DNA of 64,000 nt from Thermoplasmata archaeon (lineage in GTDB: Archaea; Thermoplasmatota; Thermoplasmata; UBA10834). Position numbers and translations under genes: made by a program. Positions 63,459 to 64,000 of the stretch are shown here, one piece after another (the first letter of the stretch is position 1; each line of letters starts with the position of its first letter). The stretch is taken from positions 79,241-143,240 of the forward strand of contig JBFFED010000001.1 of assembly GCA_041559015.1 (NCBI GenBank). The letters run 5' to 3'. The notes beneath the pieces were generated by a model that saw only the letters and a list, made by a program, of their open reading frames with translations, searched no databases and was not told the DNA's origin.

Positions 63459-64000
63459 ATGGCACACGTCGCAGCTTGGAAGAAAGAGGCGGTGTCCGCG
63501 CTCAGCACCAGGATGGCCAAGAGCAAGGTCGTCGGGATAATCGATGTCAAAGGCGTCCCAGCGCCGGCTTTCCAGACCATGAGGACGAACCTCAGGGGCA
63601 AGGCCGACATCATCATGCTCAAGAACACCCTCCTGAAGATAGCGCTTCAGGAGGCCGCGAAGGAGAGGAAGGGCATTGACAAGCTGGTGGACAGCGTAGA
63701 CGGTCAGTGCGCCGTAGTCACAACCGACCTCAACCCCTTCAGGCTCTTCAGGCAGCTCGACTCGACCAAGACCAAGATGGCGGCGAGGGGGGGCGAGATA
63801 GCCCCGGACGACATCGAGATAAGGGCGGGAGAGACCCCGTTCAAGCCAGGCCCGGTCGTCGGCGAGCTGCAGAAGGCGGGCCTGCCCGCGGCCATCGAGC
63901 AGGGCAAGGTAGTGATCAAGAAGGACAAGCTCCTCGTCAAGAAAGGAGACAAGATTCCGAGGGACGTCGCGCTCGTGCTCGGCAAGCTCGAGATATTCCC
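63459..64000 (+). CDS. rpl10: 50S ribosomal protein L10 (P0), 3' truncated by window edge
   Basis: MAHVAAWKKEAV..KNTLL..NPF..GETPFKPGP; open to the window end, not in the ORF track. Confidence 0.95.
   Translation, partial: MAHVAAWKKEAVSALSTRMAKSKVVGIIDVKGVPAPAFQTMRTNLRGKADIIMLKNTLLKIALQEAAKERKGIDKLVDSVDGQCAVVTTDLNPFRLFRQLDSTKTKMAARGGEIAPDDIEIRAGETPFKPGPVVGELQKAGLPAAIEQGKVVIKKDKLLVKKGDKIPRDVALVLGKLEIF

Overview
Mostly core-genome window from a GC-rich archaeon, most likely Thermoplasmatota related to Methanomassiliicoccales (inferred from the fused rpoB, thyX, giant AglB, extended Spt5 and tandem ftsZ). It contains the rpoH-B-A1-A2-rpl30e-nusA operon, ftsZ-ftsZ-secE-spt5-rpl11 and rpl1-rpl10, gatDE, purD, pyrF, thyX, priL, tbp, truA, trmJ, EF-1beta, two ABC exporters and two tRNAs. 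No CRISPR array, transposase, integrase or rRNA was seen. Most notable: (1) a tRNA-Lys(UUU) split by two non-canonical BHB-type introns (D-loop 20/21 and T-loop 59/60); (2) a candidate L1-binding leader upstream of rpl1, which is separated from rpl11 by an opposite-strand NADH oxidase/CoA-disulfide reductase; (3) three ftsZ genes, one behind a double-RHH CdrS-like regulator with helically phased TGTCnGAC repeats; (4) a non-pyrrolysine MttB homologue divergent from an atypical FAD/Fe-S oxidoreductase pair; (5) a 2194-aa AglB with a long beta-repeat stalk; (6) an acetyl-CoA hydrolase-GNAT gene collapsed at a CAGGGC microhomology; (7) a probable CTG start codon. All calls come from motif recognition by eye; no database searches were run.
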